Virus record (IMG/VR): IMGVR_UViG_3300024502_000010
Coordinates: 62,001-126,000 of that record
Length of the DNA: 64,000 nucleotides
Direction: 5' to 3' (one strand)
The notes under the pieces were generated by a model, which made no database searches, was not told the DNA's origin, and worked only from the letters and a program-made list of their open reading frames with translations. Shown here piece by piece: positions 50,888-61,002 of the stretch. Every line of letters begins with the position of its first letter. The stretch's first letter is position 1. Position numbers and translations under genes: made by a program.

Positions 50888-53236
50888 TTATCTAATACCT
50901 AAGATATTAGCATTTCTTCTATTTGAACTTGACGAAGCACTGAAGGATGGAACTGATGGATTTGAACCACTTCCTCTTCCTCCTCCCATTCCACCTCCAG
51001 CAACTTTTGGCTTAGATGAAACAACTTTAGGTGCTGGTTTTGGTGTTGGGGTGATTGGTCTTGAGTTTGGAGATGTTTTACCTATCTTTGCCATTCTCAA
51101 GTCTCTTGCTCTCTTCGCCTCAGCATAACTTCCATAATATTTTCCATCCGAAGATGAATAGTATTTACCCATTGCCGCAGCACCAGATTGCTTTATTCTT
51201 GCCTCAGATGCTTTGTCGGCAGCATTTGCTTTATCTATTTGGTCATATGTACCAAACATTCTGGTTAATCCACGACCAACTCCACCAAGAAGTCCACCCC
51301 TATTCATAAATTCTTGATTTGCAGTTCTTACCTTAGCATTAGTTTCTCTTTCTCTTTGCTGTGGGGTAATTGAAATTGATAACTTTTTCTTTGCATTTGA
51401 ATCATTTACTGCTCTTGAATATCCATTAGGTCCAAGGCGTTCATTCATCATTTTTTTAATATTTTCTTCTTTCATTCCACGCCTTCTCATATCTTCCAAA
51501 TCACTAATAGCAGTGAGACGCATTTTTCTTGCGTTTAAAGTCTCCTCTCTGCCAGTAGAACCTTTTGGATCAAAGAAGTCTGCAATAGACTCCAACATTC
51601 CTTTGTTTCTTTCAGTTGCTCTTTGATAAGTTGGTTCTCCTCCTTTAAAAGACAAGTAAGCAACAAAAGGTCCATCAGGTCCCATCATAATTTTAGTTTT
51701 TGGTAGGTTCTTTTTATCTACATTTCCAAGACCACTACTCATCAAACCACCACCTTTACCACTATATCCTTTATTTCTGGCACCATACTTATCAACTTGT
51801 CCAGAAAGACCCTTTGCAAAATTAGAGGAGTATATAATATCCTTTCCTCTTTTTTGAGCAAAATATCTCATTCCACCGACATTAATTTCATTAATAGGAA
51901 TACTATCGGCACCCGTTCCTGCACCAAGGGTTTTTACTCCACCTTTAACAAGGATTGATTGTCTACCACCATAAGTTGTTCCATAACCAGCACCAAGAGG
52001 TGTTTTTACTCCTTTTCCGGATGAAAGTGCTCTTTGAACTCCTACTTGGTCTTCTATTCTCTTTAATCTTTGGTCTAAAGATAATCTTTTATTATCTTCA
52101 AGAACAGGATCTCTATAATTAGGATCTTCTCCAATCAATCCACCACCTACAGCATGAACTGCATGTCTTACAATTTTGGGGCGATTAGTTCCACCACCAG
52201 CAGAGTTCATTGCTTCAAGTGTGCTCACACCAAACTTCTGAACTGCTCCACGAGACATAACAAATTCACCGTCAGTAAGCATTGCTGGGACTTTATCAAT
52301 TCCCTTTGGACCAGAAATGCTTCCACCAAGTCCTTGAGTTATATTAGCAAGACCACCAGAAGCTAAAAATGCTGTAAATGGATTGAGTTGGGAAGATACT
52401 TCTGCTCCAGTTGACTTTAAAATACCTTTTAAGTCGGCAAGACCACCACCAGCAGCTTCCATTGTGGGAACTGACTGAGGTTCAGGAACTGCTATTTGTG
52501 GTGCTTCTCCATCACCCATGAATTTATTGATTGCAAGACCAGTTCCAACAGCAGCTGCACCGGCAACTCCAAGTTGAAGAAGACCACCGCGCAATCCACC
52601 AATTTTTCCACCACCAGCAAATACGGAGGCAATCCCCTTTCTTTTTAGTATTTGTCCAGTGGCAATTGCTTTTGCTAATCTTGCTGCAATTACAATAAGT
52701 CTGGTTGTTAACCCAACGGCAACTCCAGCAACTTTTCTTACAACTCTACCAAACCCAGTACCAAATAAAATATAACCAGCAACCAGAGATGGCCACCAAT
52801 CACTCAAAAATCTCATTATGGAGCGAATTTTGCTCCTATTTTTTTCGTCCGCAAACCAATTTAATAATAATATAAGTGCTCTACCAAGAAATACGGTAAC
52901 AAAAAATTGTATTATCTGGTCTAATATACTTTTAACTGGAGCAACAACAGATTGTGCTACATTCTTTACGGTTGCAAAAGATCTTTCCAGACCAAGTTCT
53001 ATACCCTGTCTTCTACTTCTTTCCTGACTTTTTCTTGTTTCATCAACATCTCTCTTTGTCTGAACATTTTGTTGAGAGAGAAGTTGAATGATATTTGTTA
53101 ATGATTTAGATATGTCCTGCAGGATGGCAGTGTCTGCAGGGGATGATATTAATTGTTGTTGAGGTTGAGCAGCAAAAGCAGAAGAACGAACCGTTGTCGT
53201 TCTACCCATCATTTTTTGTGCATTTACTGTTGCCAT
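50888..53236 (-). CDS. Baseplate hub/tape-measure-like protein
   Basis: Helical, Gly/Ala-rich; DKVPAMLTDGEFVMSRGAVQKFG; follows gp51. Confidence 0.55.
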   Translation of the reverse strand: MATVNAQKMMGRTTTVRSSAFAAQPQQQLISSPADTAILQDISKSLTNIIQLLSQQNVQTKRDVDETRKSQERSRRQGIELGLERSFATVKNVAQSVVAPVKSILDQIIQFFVTVFLGRALILLLNWFADEKNRSKIRSIMRFLSDWWPSLVAGYILFGTGFGRVVRKVAGVAVGLTTRLIVIAARLAKAIATGQILKRKGIASVFAGGGKIGGLRGGLLQLGVAGAAAVGTGLAINKFMGDGEAPQIAVPEPQSVPTMEAAGGGLADLKGILKSTGAEVSSQLNPFTAFLASGGLANITQGLGGSISGPKGIDKVPAMLTDGEFVMSRGAVQKFGVSTLEAMNSAGGGTNRPKIVRHAVHAVGGGLIGEDPNYRDPVLEDNKRLSLDQRLKRIEDQVGVQRALSSGKGVKTPLGAGYGTTYGGRQSILVKGGVKTLGAGTGADSIPINEINVGGMRYFAQKRGKDIIYSSNFAKGLSGQVDKYGARNKGYSGKGGGLMSSGLGNVDKKNLPKTKIMMGPDGPFVAYLSFKGGEPTYQRATERNKGMLESIADFFDPKGSTGREETLNARKMRLTAISDLEDMRRRGMKEENIKKMMNERLGPNGYSRAVNDSNAKKKLSISITPQQRERETNAKVRTANQEFMNRGGLLGGVGRGLTRMFGTYDQIDKANAADKASEARIKQSGAAAMGKYYSSSDGKYYGSYAEAKRARDLRMAKIGKTSPNSRPITPTPKPAPKVVSSKPKVAGGGMGGGRGSGSNPSVPSFSASSSSNRRNANILGIR

Positions 53237-53242
53237 GATGCC

Positions 53243-53425
53243 TTACAGTTGTGAGCTTTGCTGTTGTTGCTTCATCCTCTCTTCTTCAAGATGTTGCTCC
53301 AAAAGACCAACATAAACATCTCTTTCCCACGGGATCATATTTTCAATCTCCCATAAAGAATATTTATGGTACTGTACTAAGGCAAAATTAAGTCGGAAGT
53401 AGTTTTCGAGGTCCATATGGACCAT
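53243..53425 (-). CDS. 51: Baseplate hub assembly catalyst gp51
   Basis: LENYFRLNFALVQYHKYSLWEIENMIPWERDVYVGLL. Confidence 0.85.
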   Translation of the reverse strand: MVHMDLENYFRLNFALVQYHKYSLWEIENMIPWERDVYVGLLEQHLEEERMKQQQQSSQL

Positions 53426-53427
53426 GG

Positions 53428-54147
53428 CTACGCGAAAAAAGACGCTAACCCTTCAAGAACTACTTCACTTTCAACACCAGTAGTTGGGTTCTTGACAGTG
53501 ATTTTATGAGAAAGTTTTGGCATTGTTTCAAAGAACTTTTCAATTTCTTTGAACTGTGAGGAATTCATTTGATCTAAAAATTCAGTAACCTCTTTTTTAG
53601 TTACATCTGCCGTAGACCATACTTCTTCTTCAGTATAGATTTTATCAATGCAAGATGCAATCAAATCAAAAGATTGTTCCATTGCATTTTCATTTTTAAA
53701 ATCGAAGTTAGTTTTGATGAATTGGTCAAGTGATGGATATTTCATTTCCATCATAATACTACTATCTACCTTAATTTTATTGGTATGTTCTGGATTTTTT
53801 TGTACTTTAATATCATCCAAGTTAATACTCACAGAAACATTAGTTTCATTATCATCAGGGCAGATAATATTAACCTCAACATCTTCTCCGACAGATTTGC
53901 CGCGAATATTGAGAAATAAAAACTCAATGTCAAAAGTTGGTAAATTTTCTACTTTAATGTCTTTAGTCAAAATACAACTTTTGATGACATTCTTAATTGC
54001 ATTAGTAATTTGCTTATTGTCTTCGCTTTCTAAAGCAATTACTAATAACTTTTCTTCCTTAACAAGAAATGGTCGGTAAAGAATTGTTTTTCCACTTGAA
54101 GGCAATTCAAGTTCATAAGTCGGTGTAGAAATCTTAGGTAATGGCAT
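53428..54147 (-). CDS. 26: Baseplate hub subunit gp26
   Basis: MPLPKI.TPTYELELPSSG..I.YRPFLVKEEK, FDIEFLFLNIRGKSVGE. Confidence 0.9.
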   Translation of the reverse strand: MPLPKISTPTYELELPSSGKTILYRPFLVKEEKLLVIALESEDNKQITNAIKNVIKSCILTKDIKVENLPTFDIEFLFLNIRGKSVGEDVEVNIICPDDNETNVSVSINLDDIKVQKNPEHTNKIKVDSSIMMEMKYPSLDQFIKTNFDFKNENAMEQSFDLIASCIDKIYTEEEVWSTADVTKKEVTEFLDQMNSSQFKEIEKFFETMPKLSHKITVKNPTTGVESEVVLEGLASFFA

Positions 54148-54187
54148 AATGACCTATAGAGAAAATCAGATGTGATTATTTAGATGC

Positions 54188-55099
54188 TTATGCTCTGACT
54201 GAATTTCCAGAAGAATTTGCTGCTTGTTGAGATACTCCACCAACTGTAAAGGATGATGGAGAAGAAGTTGCCAAAGCTCCAGCACCATCAAGACCAGGAA
54301 GTGCCATATCACCAATGCTAAATTGTGCATTATTGTATATTGCTTGAGTTTCTGGGTCCACAAAATCGCCAAAAGAAGATTGGGCGTCCGAATGAAGAGG
54401 TTCTTTACTTCCAGTTGGGTAAAGAACATACCTAACATAAGAAAAAGACACGGTACATTTTAGTAGAGATGAAGTATCATAAGAAACTGGCATTGAAGAT
54501 ATAGAAATAGGAAATGCGTTAACAAATTGATAACTCAATGTTCCTCCAGAATAAAAATCTTTAGAACCAGTTCTTTCGAATTTTGTGATAGATAATCCCG
54601 ATTTAGAAACATAATTGGTTGGATAATTTATTCTATAAAAATAATTTGTAGCTAAAGAACCAGGTCTGCGTACACCTTCAGTTTTCTCTGGACCTTGAGC
54701 TACACTTTCTCCAACGATATATTTCATCCATACTTCAAAAAATCTAATTGGAAGATATTCGCCAGCGTTGACATAAAATGTCATATCAATTCTATCATCA
54801 TAAATTCTTCTTGAAGCGTGTCTATGAGTAGTTCCGTGATAATCGCTGTTAATATCAATGGTCGCAATATTAGATCCAGGAAGCACTGTTTCGCAACAAA
54901 GCAAATTCAAAGTATCTTGCTTAATTCCCTCAAATTGATATATTCCATTCGCTTCGAAATACTTTCTGCCATTAGTCCCAGAGAGTCCAGGGGGAATGGG
55001 AATTGATACCTCAAAATGAGATGTTAGTGCTGGGTTCAGTAGTTTGGACTTAATGTCCGACACTGACCTTACTGTTCTTCTAACTGGGTCGAATACCAT
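54188..55099 (-). CDS. Tail tube/tube-initiator protein (gp19/gp54-like)
   Basis: L.CCETVLPG, R.Y.DR.D.TFYV, FF..W...I, AFP.SISSM.VSYD, CTV.FSY. Confidence 0.75.
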   Translation of the reverse strand: MVFDPVRRTVRSVSDIKSKLLNPALTSHFEVSIPIPPGLSGTNGRKYFEANGIYQFEGIKQDTLNLLCCETVLPGSNIATIDINSDYHGTTHRHASRRIYDDRIDMTFYVNAGEYLPIRFFEVWMKYIVGESVAQGPEKTEGVRRPGSLATNYFYRINYPTNYVSKSGLSITKFERTGSKDFYSGGTLSYQFVNAFPISISSMPVSYDTSSLLKCTVSFSYVRYVLYPTGSKEPLHSDAQSSFGDFVDPETQAIYNNAQFSIGDMALPGLDGAGALATSSPSSFTVGGVSQQAANSSGNSVRA

Positions 55100-55141
55100 T
55101 TATAAATATTTTTTGACCGTATATATTATGTAGTAAGGATA

Positions 55142-55585
55142 ATGGCAGAAAGTATTAAGAGTAAATATAAACCATCATATCCAAAAAAGTACATAGGAGA
55201 CCCAAATAACATTATTTGTAGAAGTAGTTGGGAAAGAAAATTCTGCCGTTGGTGTGATTTAAATGAAAATATAATTGCTTGGGGCTCAGAAGAAATTCGC
55301 ATCAAGTATTATGACCCAGTGAAGCAAAAAGTAAGAAATTATTTTCCAGATTTTATTATTAAGGTAAGAGAACAGTCTGGAGAAATTAAGAAGTATATTG
55401 TAGAGATTAAACCGAAAAAACAAACAGTTCCTCCACAGCAGAAATCCAGAGTAACAAAATCATATATCTACGAAGCCTATACTTATGCTACAAACCAAGC
55501 AAAATGGAAAGCAGCAGAAGAATTCTGTAAGGATAATATGATTGGATTCAAGATCATCACAGAAAACGAACTGGGTATAGGGTAA
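55142..55585 (+). CDS. 4: Head completion nuclease gp4
   Basis: KYKP..P.KY.GDP..I..RSSWER.FC.WCD.N..I..WGSEE, YFPDF, EIKP..QT. Confidence 0.92.
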   Translation: MAESIKSKYKPSYPKKYIGDPNNIICRSSWERKFCRWCDLNENIIAWGSEEIRIKYYDPVKQKVRNYFPDFIIKVREQSGEIKKYIVEIKPKKQTVPPQQKSRVTKSYIYEAYTYATNQAKWKAAEEFCKDNMIGFKIITENELGIG

Positions 55586-55971
55586 TGGCAGAAGGTTTCG
55601 GGCAATATGCAAGTGTTCCCCCAAGAATGAGAGAGCTCAAAAAGAAAATTGCTGAGGCTGGAACTAATGACCCAGAAGATTTGATGTTAATTATTATGGA
55701 TTCTTTAAAAGAAGAAGTATTATATCCAGAGCCAGGAAAATTTTATACTTTTATATACAACCCCAAAACACCGGAAATTGAATATGACCAACATCCATTG
55801 ATTGCTTGTACTTCATTAGAGAGATGGGGATTCAAAGCAATCAATTTTCATTGGAGAGAAGGTAGGCAATATACTTGGGAAGAAGTTGCTGGCAAACTTC
55901 ATGTAATAAAGTATGATGAACTTGATGAAATGTTATCTATACCTTATGCAAAATTCCGTCTAAATAAATAA
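55585..55971 (+). CDS. Putative DNA end protector (gp2-like)
   Basis: GKFYTFIY.PKT...YDQHPLI...GF..INFHW resembles T4 gp2; adjacent to gp4. Confidence 0.55.
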   Translation: MAEGFGQYASVPPRMRELKKKIAEAGTNDPEDLMLIIMDSLKEEVLYPEPGKFYTFIYNPKTPEIEYDQHPLIACTSLERWGFKAINFHWREGRQYTWEEVAGKLHVIKYDELDEMLSIPYAKFRLNK

Positions 55972-56035
55972 AACCCACAATTTACGAAGTAAAAATATAT
56001 TTGATTAGAGAAATTCCACCCTCAAAAGTAAAGTA

Positions 56036-57382
56036 GTGGCAAATACAAAAACAAGCAAACCAAGTTTAGTAACTGTAGGAAATCAACAAGTAGCAGTAAA
56101 AACTGTTGTCACTGACAATGGAAATAATAATTTTTCCATACAAGTTGTAAGAAATAGCGCAACTAACCCAAGTGCAACTGGAACTGTTATTGCGGCAACA
56201 GATTCCTCAGGAAAGTTAAAGCCAACAGCAAATGCATCATCTCAAGAAAAATTAGACATTAGCAATACAAATAGTCAATTAATAAAAGAAGTAAGAAATC
56301 AAAAAAGTGGACTTGAAGCACCTTTGGGAGTCACTGATCCAACAGCAAAAGCAGCATATAATAAGGCAGGTGGTCTTGGATCTGGAAATCAAGCAATAAA
56401 TCCAGAGCAGAATAAATCCCCAGAATCTCTTCCGAGTGATGAAGCAAAGGAAGCACTATTTGGAGAATCCGAAAGTTTCAGAGAGAAGACAAGATTAAAT
56501 TATGGAGATGCTAGATATCCATTAGATTTATCAATAGAATTTCAGGATTGTATAAAGTTTACAATTTTAAATTATAGACCATCTTTAGCTGGGGGAAAAG
56601 GTGGACAAGGAAGCACCGGAGAAGTTAGTAGAATTGTCACGATTGATAAAGGAAATCCAACCATAGGTAAAGAAAGACTTGGAACCATAACTCTACCAAT
56701 TCCGGCAGGAATTTCTGATAGTAATTCGGTGAGTTGGCAAGAAGATCCTATTAATAACTTTCAAGAAGCTCTCGGCAATATCACTCAAAAATATATCATA
56801 GGTGGTACGGAAGCTGCAACACCGGCAGTAGGATCTGCGACAGACACACTGAAATCTTCAGTAGATTCTGGAGATTTGCAAAGATCCCTCTCTGCCACAT
56901 TAGCGGGATATGCAGCCCAAACAGATAAGCTGCAGCAGAGAGTATATGGAACTATGTTCAATAATAACCTAGAACTGCTGTTTAATGGGCCCGGTCTTAG
57001 AACTTTTTCTTTTGGATTTAAATTATCCCCAAGAAGTCCATCAGAAGCAAAAGAAGTAATGAAAATTATTCGTTACTTTAAGCAAGCAATGTCTGTAAAA
57101 AGAAGCAAATCTTCTATTTTACTTAAAACACCAAGAACATTTGCAATATCATATATGTCATCTAATCAACAACATCCATACTTAAATAAATTTAAGGAGT
57201 GTGCATTGACATCAATGAATGTTGATTATACGCCAGATGGTCAATACATGACATATATGAGCTCAAATATAAATGAAAGATCAATGATATCATATAATCT
57301 AACATTATCTTTCCAAGAACTTGAGCCAGTATTTGATGATGAATATGGTAATGAGCAAGTAATTACAAACATAGGTTACTAA
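56036..57382 (+). CDS. 48: Baseplate tail-tube cap gp48
   Basis: YPLD...DCIKF, I.LPIP..I.D.N.V.W, N.ELLF.GP.LR.FSF.F.L.PRS..EA, F.EL; followed by gp53. Confidence 0.85.
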   Translation: MANTKTSKPSLVTVGNQQVAVKTVVTDNGNNNFSIQVVRNSATNPSATGTVIAATDSSGKLKPTANASSQEKLDISNTNSQLIKEVRNQKSGLEAPLGVTDPTAKAAYNKAGGLGSGNQAINPEQNKSPESLPSDEAKEALFGESESFREKTRLNYGDARYPLDLSIEFQDCIKFTILNYRPSLAGGKGGQGSTGEVSRIVTIDKGNPTIGKERLGTITLPIPAGISDSNSVSWQEDPINNFQEALGNITQKYIIGGTEAATPAVGSATDTLKSSVDSGDLQRSLSATLAGYAAQTDKLQQRVYGTMFNNNLELLFNGPGLRTFSFGFKLSPRSPSEAKEVMKIIRYFKQAMSVKRSKSSILLKTPRTFAISYMSSNQQHPYLNKFKECALTSMNVDYTPDGQYMTYMSSNINERSMISYNLTLSFQELEPVFDDEYGNEQVITNIGY

Positions 57383-57383
57383 A

Positions 57384-58088
57384 ATGTCTTCATATTTCAG
57401 CAAACTACCAAACTTTGAATATGTTAGCAGACTACCAAATGCTGGTATATCTGACTACTCTTTAGTTAAAAATTTATTTAAGAGAGGAGTAATACGAAGT
57501 GATATTTTAGACAATTTAACTTTTTTCGAAAAATATAAAATAATTGGTGATGACCGCCCAGATAATGTAGCATTTAAAGTTTATGAAGACTCAAGTTTAG
57601 ATTGGATAATTCTTCTTTCAAATAATATTACCAACATACAAACAGAATGGCCATTACCTCAAGATGTTTTTGATTCCCATTTAAGACAAAAATATGGATT
57701 TGATGCTGGTTTAAGTTCGGAAGAAGATATTTACAACAACATCTATAATGGAGTACATCACTACGAAACTATAGAAATTAAAAATAGTCAAGGAGTTGTA
57801 ATTATTCCCGCCGGTCTTGAAGTTCCATTTAACTATGCATTAGGTATGCAATATTATGAAGAAACTACGGATACTATAGAAACAATTTATGAGGCAGTGA
57901 GAGTGGTAACAAATTATGAGTATGAAGAAAAAATTGAAAATGAAAAAAGAAATATTTTTGTCCTAAAACCAGAATATATTAGTGTTGTAATCAATGATAT
58001 GGAAGATATGATGGAATATAAAAAAGGTGCCACTCAGTATGTGAGCGACACCTTGAAGAGAGCTGATAATATCAGACTATATCAATAA
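57384..58088 (+). CDS. 53: Baseplate wedge subunit gp53
   Basis: YF..LPNFEY, KNLFKR, DRPD.VA..VY.DS.LDWIILL.NNI...WP, HHYE. Confidence 0.9.
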   Translation: MSSYFSKLPNFEYVSRLPNAGISDYSLVKNLFKRGVIRSDILDNLTFFEKYKIIGDDRPDNVAFKVYEDSSLDWIILLSNNITNIQTEWPLPQDVFDSHLRQKYGFDAGLSSEEDIYNNIYNGVHHYETIEIKNSQGVVIIPAGLEVPFNYALGMQYYEETTDTIETIYEAVRVVTNYEYEEKIENEKRNIFVLKPEYISVVINDMEDMMEYKKGATQYVSDTLKRADNIRLYQ

Positions 58089-59033
58089 TCAATCTTCAGC
58101 AAGACGCTGGAAATAAGAAAGAGCATCATCTTCATCATCATCTTGAGAGATTTGAGGAAGTGAAGGAGACTTAGAACGAGCATAAGACTGTTCTAGTTCT
58201 TCTACTACACGCTCTTGAGCAGTAGGAGTTTGAGTGAACTCTTGGAGTTCATCTTCTTGCTCAACCACTGCACGGGAACGAGCAGGAGAAGAGTTCTTGA
58301 GACCCAGTACCATATTCATACGACGCTCAAGTTCTTCATAAGACTTGAACTGGTCTGGGGCAGTGATGGCAGTAAGAGAATACTCTTTCTTCCAGAGTGC
58401 TTCGAGAGCATCATCATCATCCAGCAGAGGTTCAACCGAACCAAACTCAGACTTATCATAGTTCCAGTAACCATCTTTCTTCACAATCTTCAGTTTGAAG
58501 TTTGCACCTTGCCAGAAGTCAAAAGGATTGATAGGAGTTTCATCCTCAAACTCAGGTTGCATTGCTTCCATAAGTTTATCAAAGATCTTCTTACCATACT
58601 TAAAGAGAAAGACCTTACCTTCGTTTGCAGGATTTGCAGGATCTTTTACAACATAGATGTTGCTGTAGTAAGACAGTTTACGCTTTTGTTTGCGAACAGT
58701 TTCTTTGTTAGACTCAATACCACTATTCCACAGTTCGCGGTTATATTCTCCCAGAGGATCTTTCTGACCAATAGTAGTCAGAGAGTTTTCAATATACCAT
58801 CCACCATTACCTTGGAAGGCATGTGAATACATTTTTGCCCAAGGAAGTTCTTCACCTTCGGGGGCAGGAAGGAAACGGATAACTGCAAAACCGTTACCTG
58901 CTTTATCAACTTCGGGTTTCCAGAGACGCTCATCTGCACCACCTGAAGTTGTACTCATTTTCTCAACTTCTTTTACCAGTTTAGAAGTAAGAGAACCAAG
59001 TTTGGATTGCTTTTTAAGATCAGAAAAAGACAT
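58089..59033 (-). CDS. 32: Single-stranded DNA-binding protein gp32
   Basis: DERLWKP..DKAGNG.AVIRFLPA, HAFQG.GGWYIENSLTT, GKVFLFKYGKKIFDK, acidic tail. Confidence 0.97.
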   Translation of the reverse strand: MSFSDLKKQSKLGSLTSKLVKEVEKMSTTSGGADERLWKPEVDKAGNGFAVIRFLPAPEGEELPWAKMYSHAFQGNGGWYIENSLTTIGQKDPLGEYNRELWNSGIESNKETVRKQKRKLSYYSNIYVVKDPANPANEGKVFLFKYGKKIFDKLMEAMQPEFEDETPINPFDFWQGANFKLKIVKKDGYWNYDKSEFGSVEPLLDDDDALEALWKKEYSLTAITAPDQFKSYEELERRMNMVLGLKNSSPARSRAVVEQEDELQEFTQTPTAQERVVEELEQSYARSKSPSLPQISQDDDEDDALSYFQRLAED

Positions 59034-59078
59034 TAGATTTCTCCGTATTAGTAGGATTTGGCTTTTGTGTACTTCGTT

Positions 59079-59107
59079 ATTCTACAGGTCAGAACCTGTT
59101 TTGTCAA
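59079..59107 (-). promoter_or_regulatory. sigma70-like promoter of gene 32
   Basis: TTGACA (59102-59107)-N17-TAGAAT (59079-59084), ACAGG/CCTGT hairpin in the spacer. Confidence 0.8.
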
Positions 59108-59426
59108 TCTGCTGCTTCATGATATCAAGCATTTTGGACATATTATTGAGAATGATATTCATGTCCGTTCCCGGAGGCATTCCCATCATAATTGCAGAAT
59201 TAACAATTTTTTCTTTCATTTCGACTGCTTCGGGATCATCGGATAAACTCATTCTTGTATAAAGAACTTTTTGTTTATCTAATAGAGTTTCAAGAACTTC
59301 AACATGTTCAAGTTTTTCTTCTTTACTCATCGTAGGAAATTTAAAAATATTTCCATAGATTTGTTCTTGAAGTTCTGCAATTTCAGTCATCTCTGAGCGG
59401 ACGACTTCGGAGTTAAAGAAACTCAT
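59082..59426 (-). CDS. Conserved cyanophage hypothetical protein
   Basis: MSFFNSEVVR.E..EI.ELQ...QK.LYTRMSLSDDPEA; between genes 59 and 32. Confidence 0.75.
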   Translation of the reverse strand: MSFFNSEVVRSEMTEIAELQEQIYGNIFKFPTMSKEEKLEHVEVLETLLDKQKVLYTRMSLSDDPEAVEMKEKIVNSAIMMGMPPGTDMNIILNNMSKMLDIMKQQIDKTGSDL

Positions 59427-60019
59427 TGACCCTCCAAAATAATTTCTTTTAAAATTCGCCTAAAACGAAATACATCAATATTTAGAAATGGATTATATTT
59501 TTTAATCCGACGACTGACGGTTTCCCACACTGGGTCTTGAAGTTTCTTATCAAACTTGTTCCCGAACAGGAATATTTTGTCATAGATCACCATAGTTTCT
59601 ATACTAATCTTCCCGCTCAGGAACTTTTTTAGAAGAGGTGGATGTCCCTTTGAGCACTTAAAAACATCTTCAAAGTTATTATCTTCAAACAAAGATTGAC
59701 TCTCTTCTCTAAAAACATAAGAAAGAGACTGAATTTTCTTTTGCCAATTTTGATATCTTCCTTCACCCTCTTTCATCATTTCACCAATCCACAAAGTTTC
59801 TGGATCTGGACAAGAGACAAAGTTTGCAACAAAAAAGTCTATAACTTCTTGATCAGATTTTTGCCTTGATATTTTTTCAAACCACATTCTGTCCTTCCGT
59901 TTATAAAAAGACTGAACTGTCGCTCTACTTTTACCACAGTACTTAAAATAATCATAACTGTCTTTGGTAAAATGATTTTTCAACGACAAATAGCACTTAT
60001 AGGCATCAAAAGGCATCAT
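59423..60019 (-). CDS. 59: Helicase loader gp59
   Basis: Y..YLSLKNHFT..YDYFKY.GK.RA....FYKRKD..WF.K. Confidence 0.92.
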   Translation of the reverse strand: MMPFDAYKCYLSLKNHFTKDSYDYFKYCGKSRATVQSFYKRKDRMWFEKISRQKSDQEVIDFFVANFVSCPDPETLWIGEMMKEGEGRYQNWQKKIQSLSYVFREESQSLFEDNNFEDVFKCSKGHPPLLKKFLSGKISIETMVIYDKIFLFGNKFDKKLQDPVWETVSRRIKKYNPFLNIDVFRFRRILKEIILEGQ

Positions 60020-60074
60020 TCAAAAAAGTAATATAGGGATTTTTTTGCCGGGATTTTTTCCGCCCAAAAATGGA

Positions 60075-60332
60075 TTAAAAAACCAATTTTGCACGGGAAG
60101 TTTTTTTAAGAAAGTTTAGTTCCATTGCTTCATACTTAATCTTTTCCTTCAAAGGTTTTGAAATGAGTTTAGGAACTGATTCTAAATCAATATTGTTTTG
60201 CTCACAGAAATGAACAATAGCATCAATATAATTCATTTCAACATTAACTTGCACAAGATTTTCAATTTCTTGTGCAAATCGTGATGGACAAAAGAACTTG
60301 TTTTCTAATGCTTTTTCTAATTCATTCTCCAT
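60075..60332 (-). CDS. 33: Late transcription co-activator gp33
   Basis: F..EIE.LV....MNYIDAIV.FCE.N.ID.ESV.KLISKPLKEKI..EA..LNFL; start reassigned to 60332. Confidence 0.88.
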   Translation of the reverse strand: MENELEKALENKFFCPSRFAQEIENLVQVNVEMNYIDAIVHFCEQNNIDLESVPKLISKPLKEKIKYEAMELNFLKKTSRAKLVF

Positions 60333-61002
60333 CTGACCCAGTATTGTGATGTACAAATTCTTTAATATAACGAACTAATAGTTTAATATAATCCCCTTTG
60401 TTTCTTTTGTCAAATACTTTGACTTCACCGCCAGGAGTAACCATTAAAGTAATAAGTTTTTTGACAACCTTACCAGTAAGTTCGTAGTATGCTGCAGCGT
60501 AGAATGTTTCTTGAACAAAATAGTTTTCAATCCATTCTTCTGGTTTAATTTTTTCTGAAGTCTTAAAGTCAATAACTGCTAACTCTCCTTCATATTCAGC
60601 AATACAGTCAACTCGTCCAGCAAGTCCAAGGTATTCTGAATAAAGAGTTCTCTCAATTGCATGAATATTATTTATCTTATCAAGATAAGGTTTCGCATGA
60701 TGAAACATATGCTTTGTCAGGAGTTGATAATCATCCCAGACAAGTGATTTATTTTCAAGGTAATCCTGACAGACTTGGTGAAAGTCAGTTCCTCTTGCTG
60801 TTGCCTTTTTAGTAATACGATTTGCCTCTTCAAGTCCTACACGCTTTCGCCAATCAATAAAGATTTGACGATTATAGAATGAAGTAACTGAAGTAATTGA
60901 AGGCACCCACTGACCATCAGGAAGATTGTACAGACGGATGCCATTTGTTTCTTTCTTTTCTAATTCCAAATCACCTAGGTAATTACAATGAACAAAACTC
61001 AT
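60322..61002 (-). CDS. PD-(D/E)XK exonuclease
   Basis: PSITSV, RGTDFH, AGRVDCIAEY.GELAVIDFKTS, Y.VQ...YA. Confidence 0.88.
   Translation of the reverse strand: MSFVHCNYLGDLELEKKETNGIRLYNLPDGQWVPSITSVTSFYNRQIFIDWRKRVGLEEANRITKKATARGTDFHQVCQDYLENKSLVWDDYQLLTKHMFHHAKPYLDKINNIHAIERTLYSEYLGLAGRVDCIAEYEGELAVIDFKTSEKIKPEEWIENYFVQETFYAAAYYELTGKVVKKLITLMVTPGGEVKVFDKRNKGDYIKLLVRYIKEFVHHNTGSDGE

Noticed and set aside
59075-59087. 13-bp identity CGTTATTCTACAG between the gene 32 promoter and the homing endonuclease leader (11175-11187)
   Set aside because: A single short match in AT-rich DNA; plausible by chance, and the endonuclease leader has no matching -35
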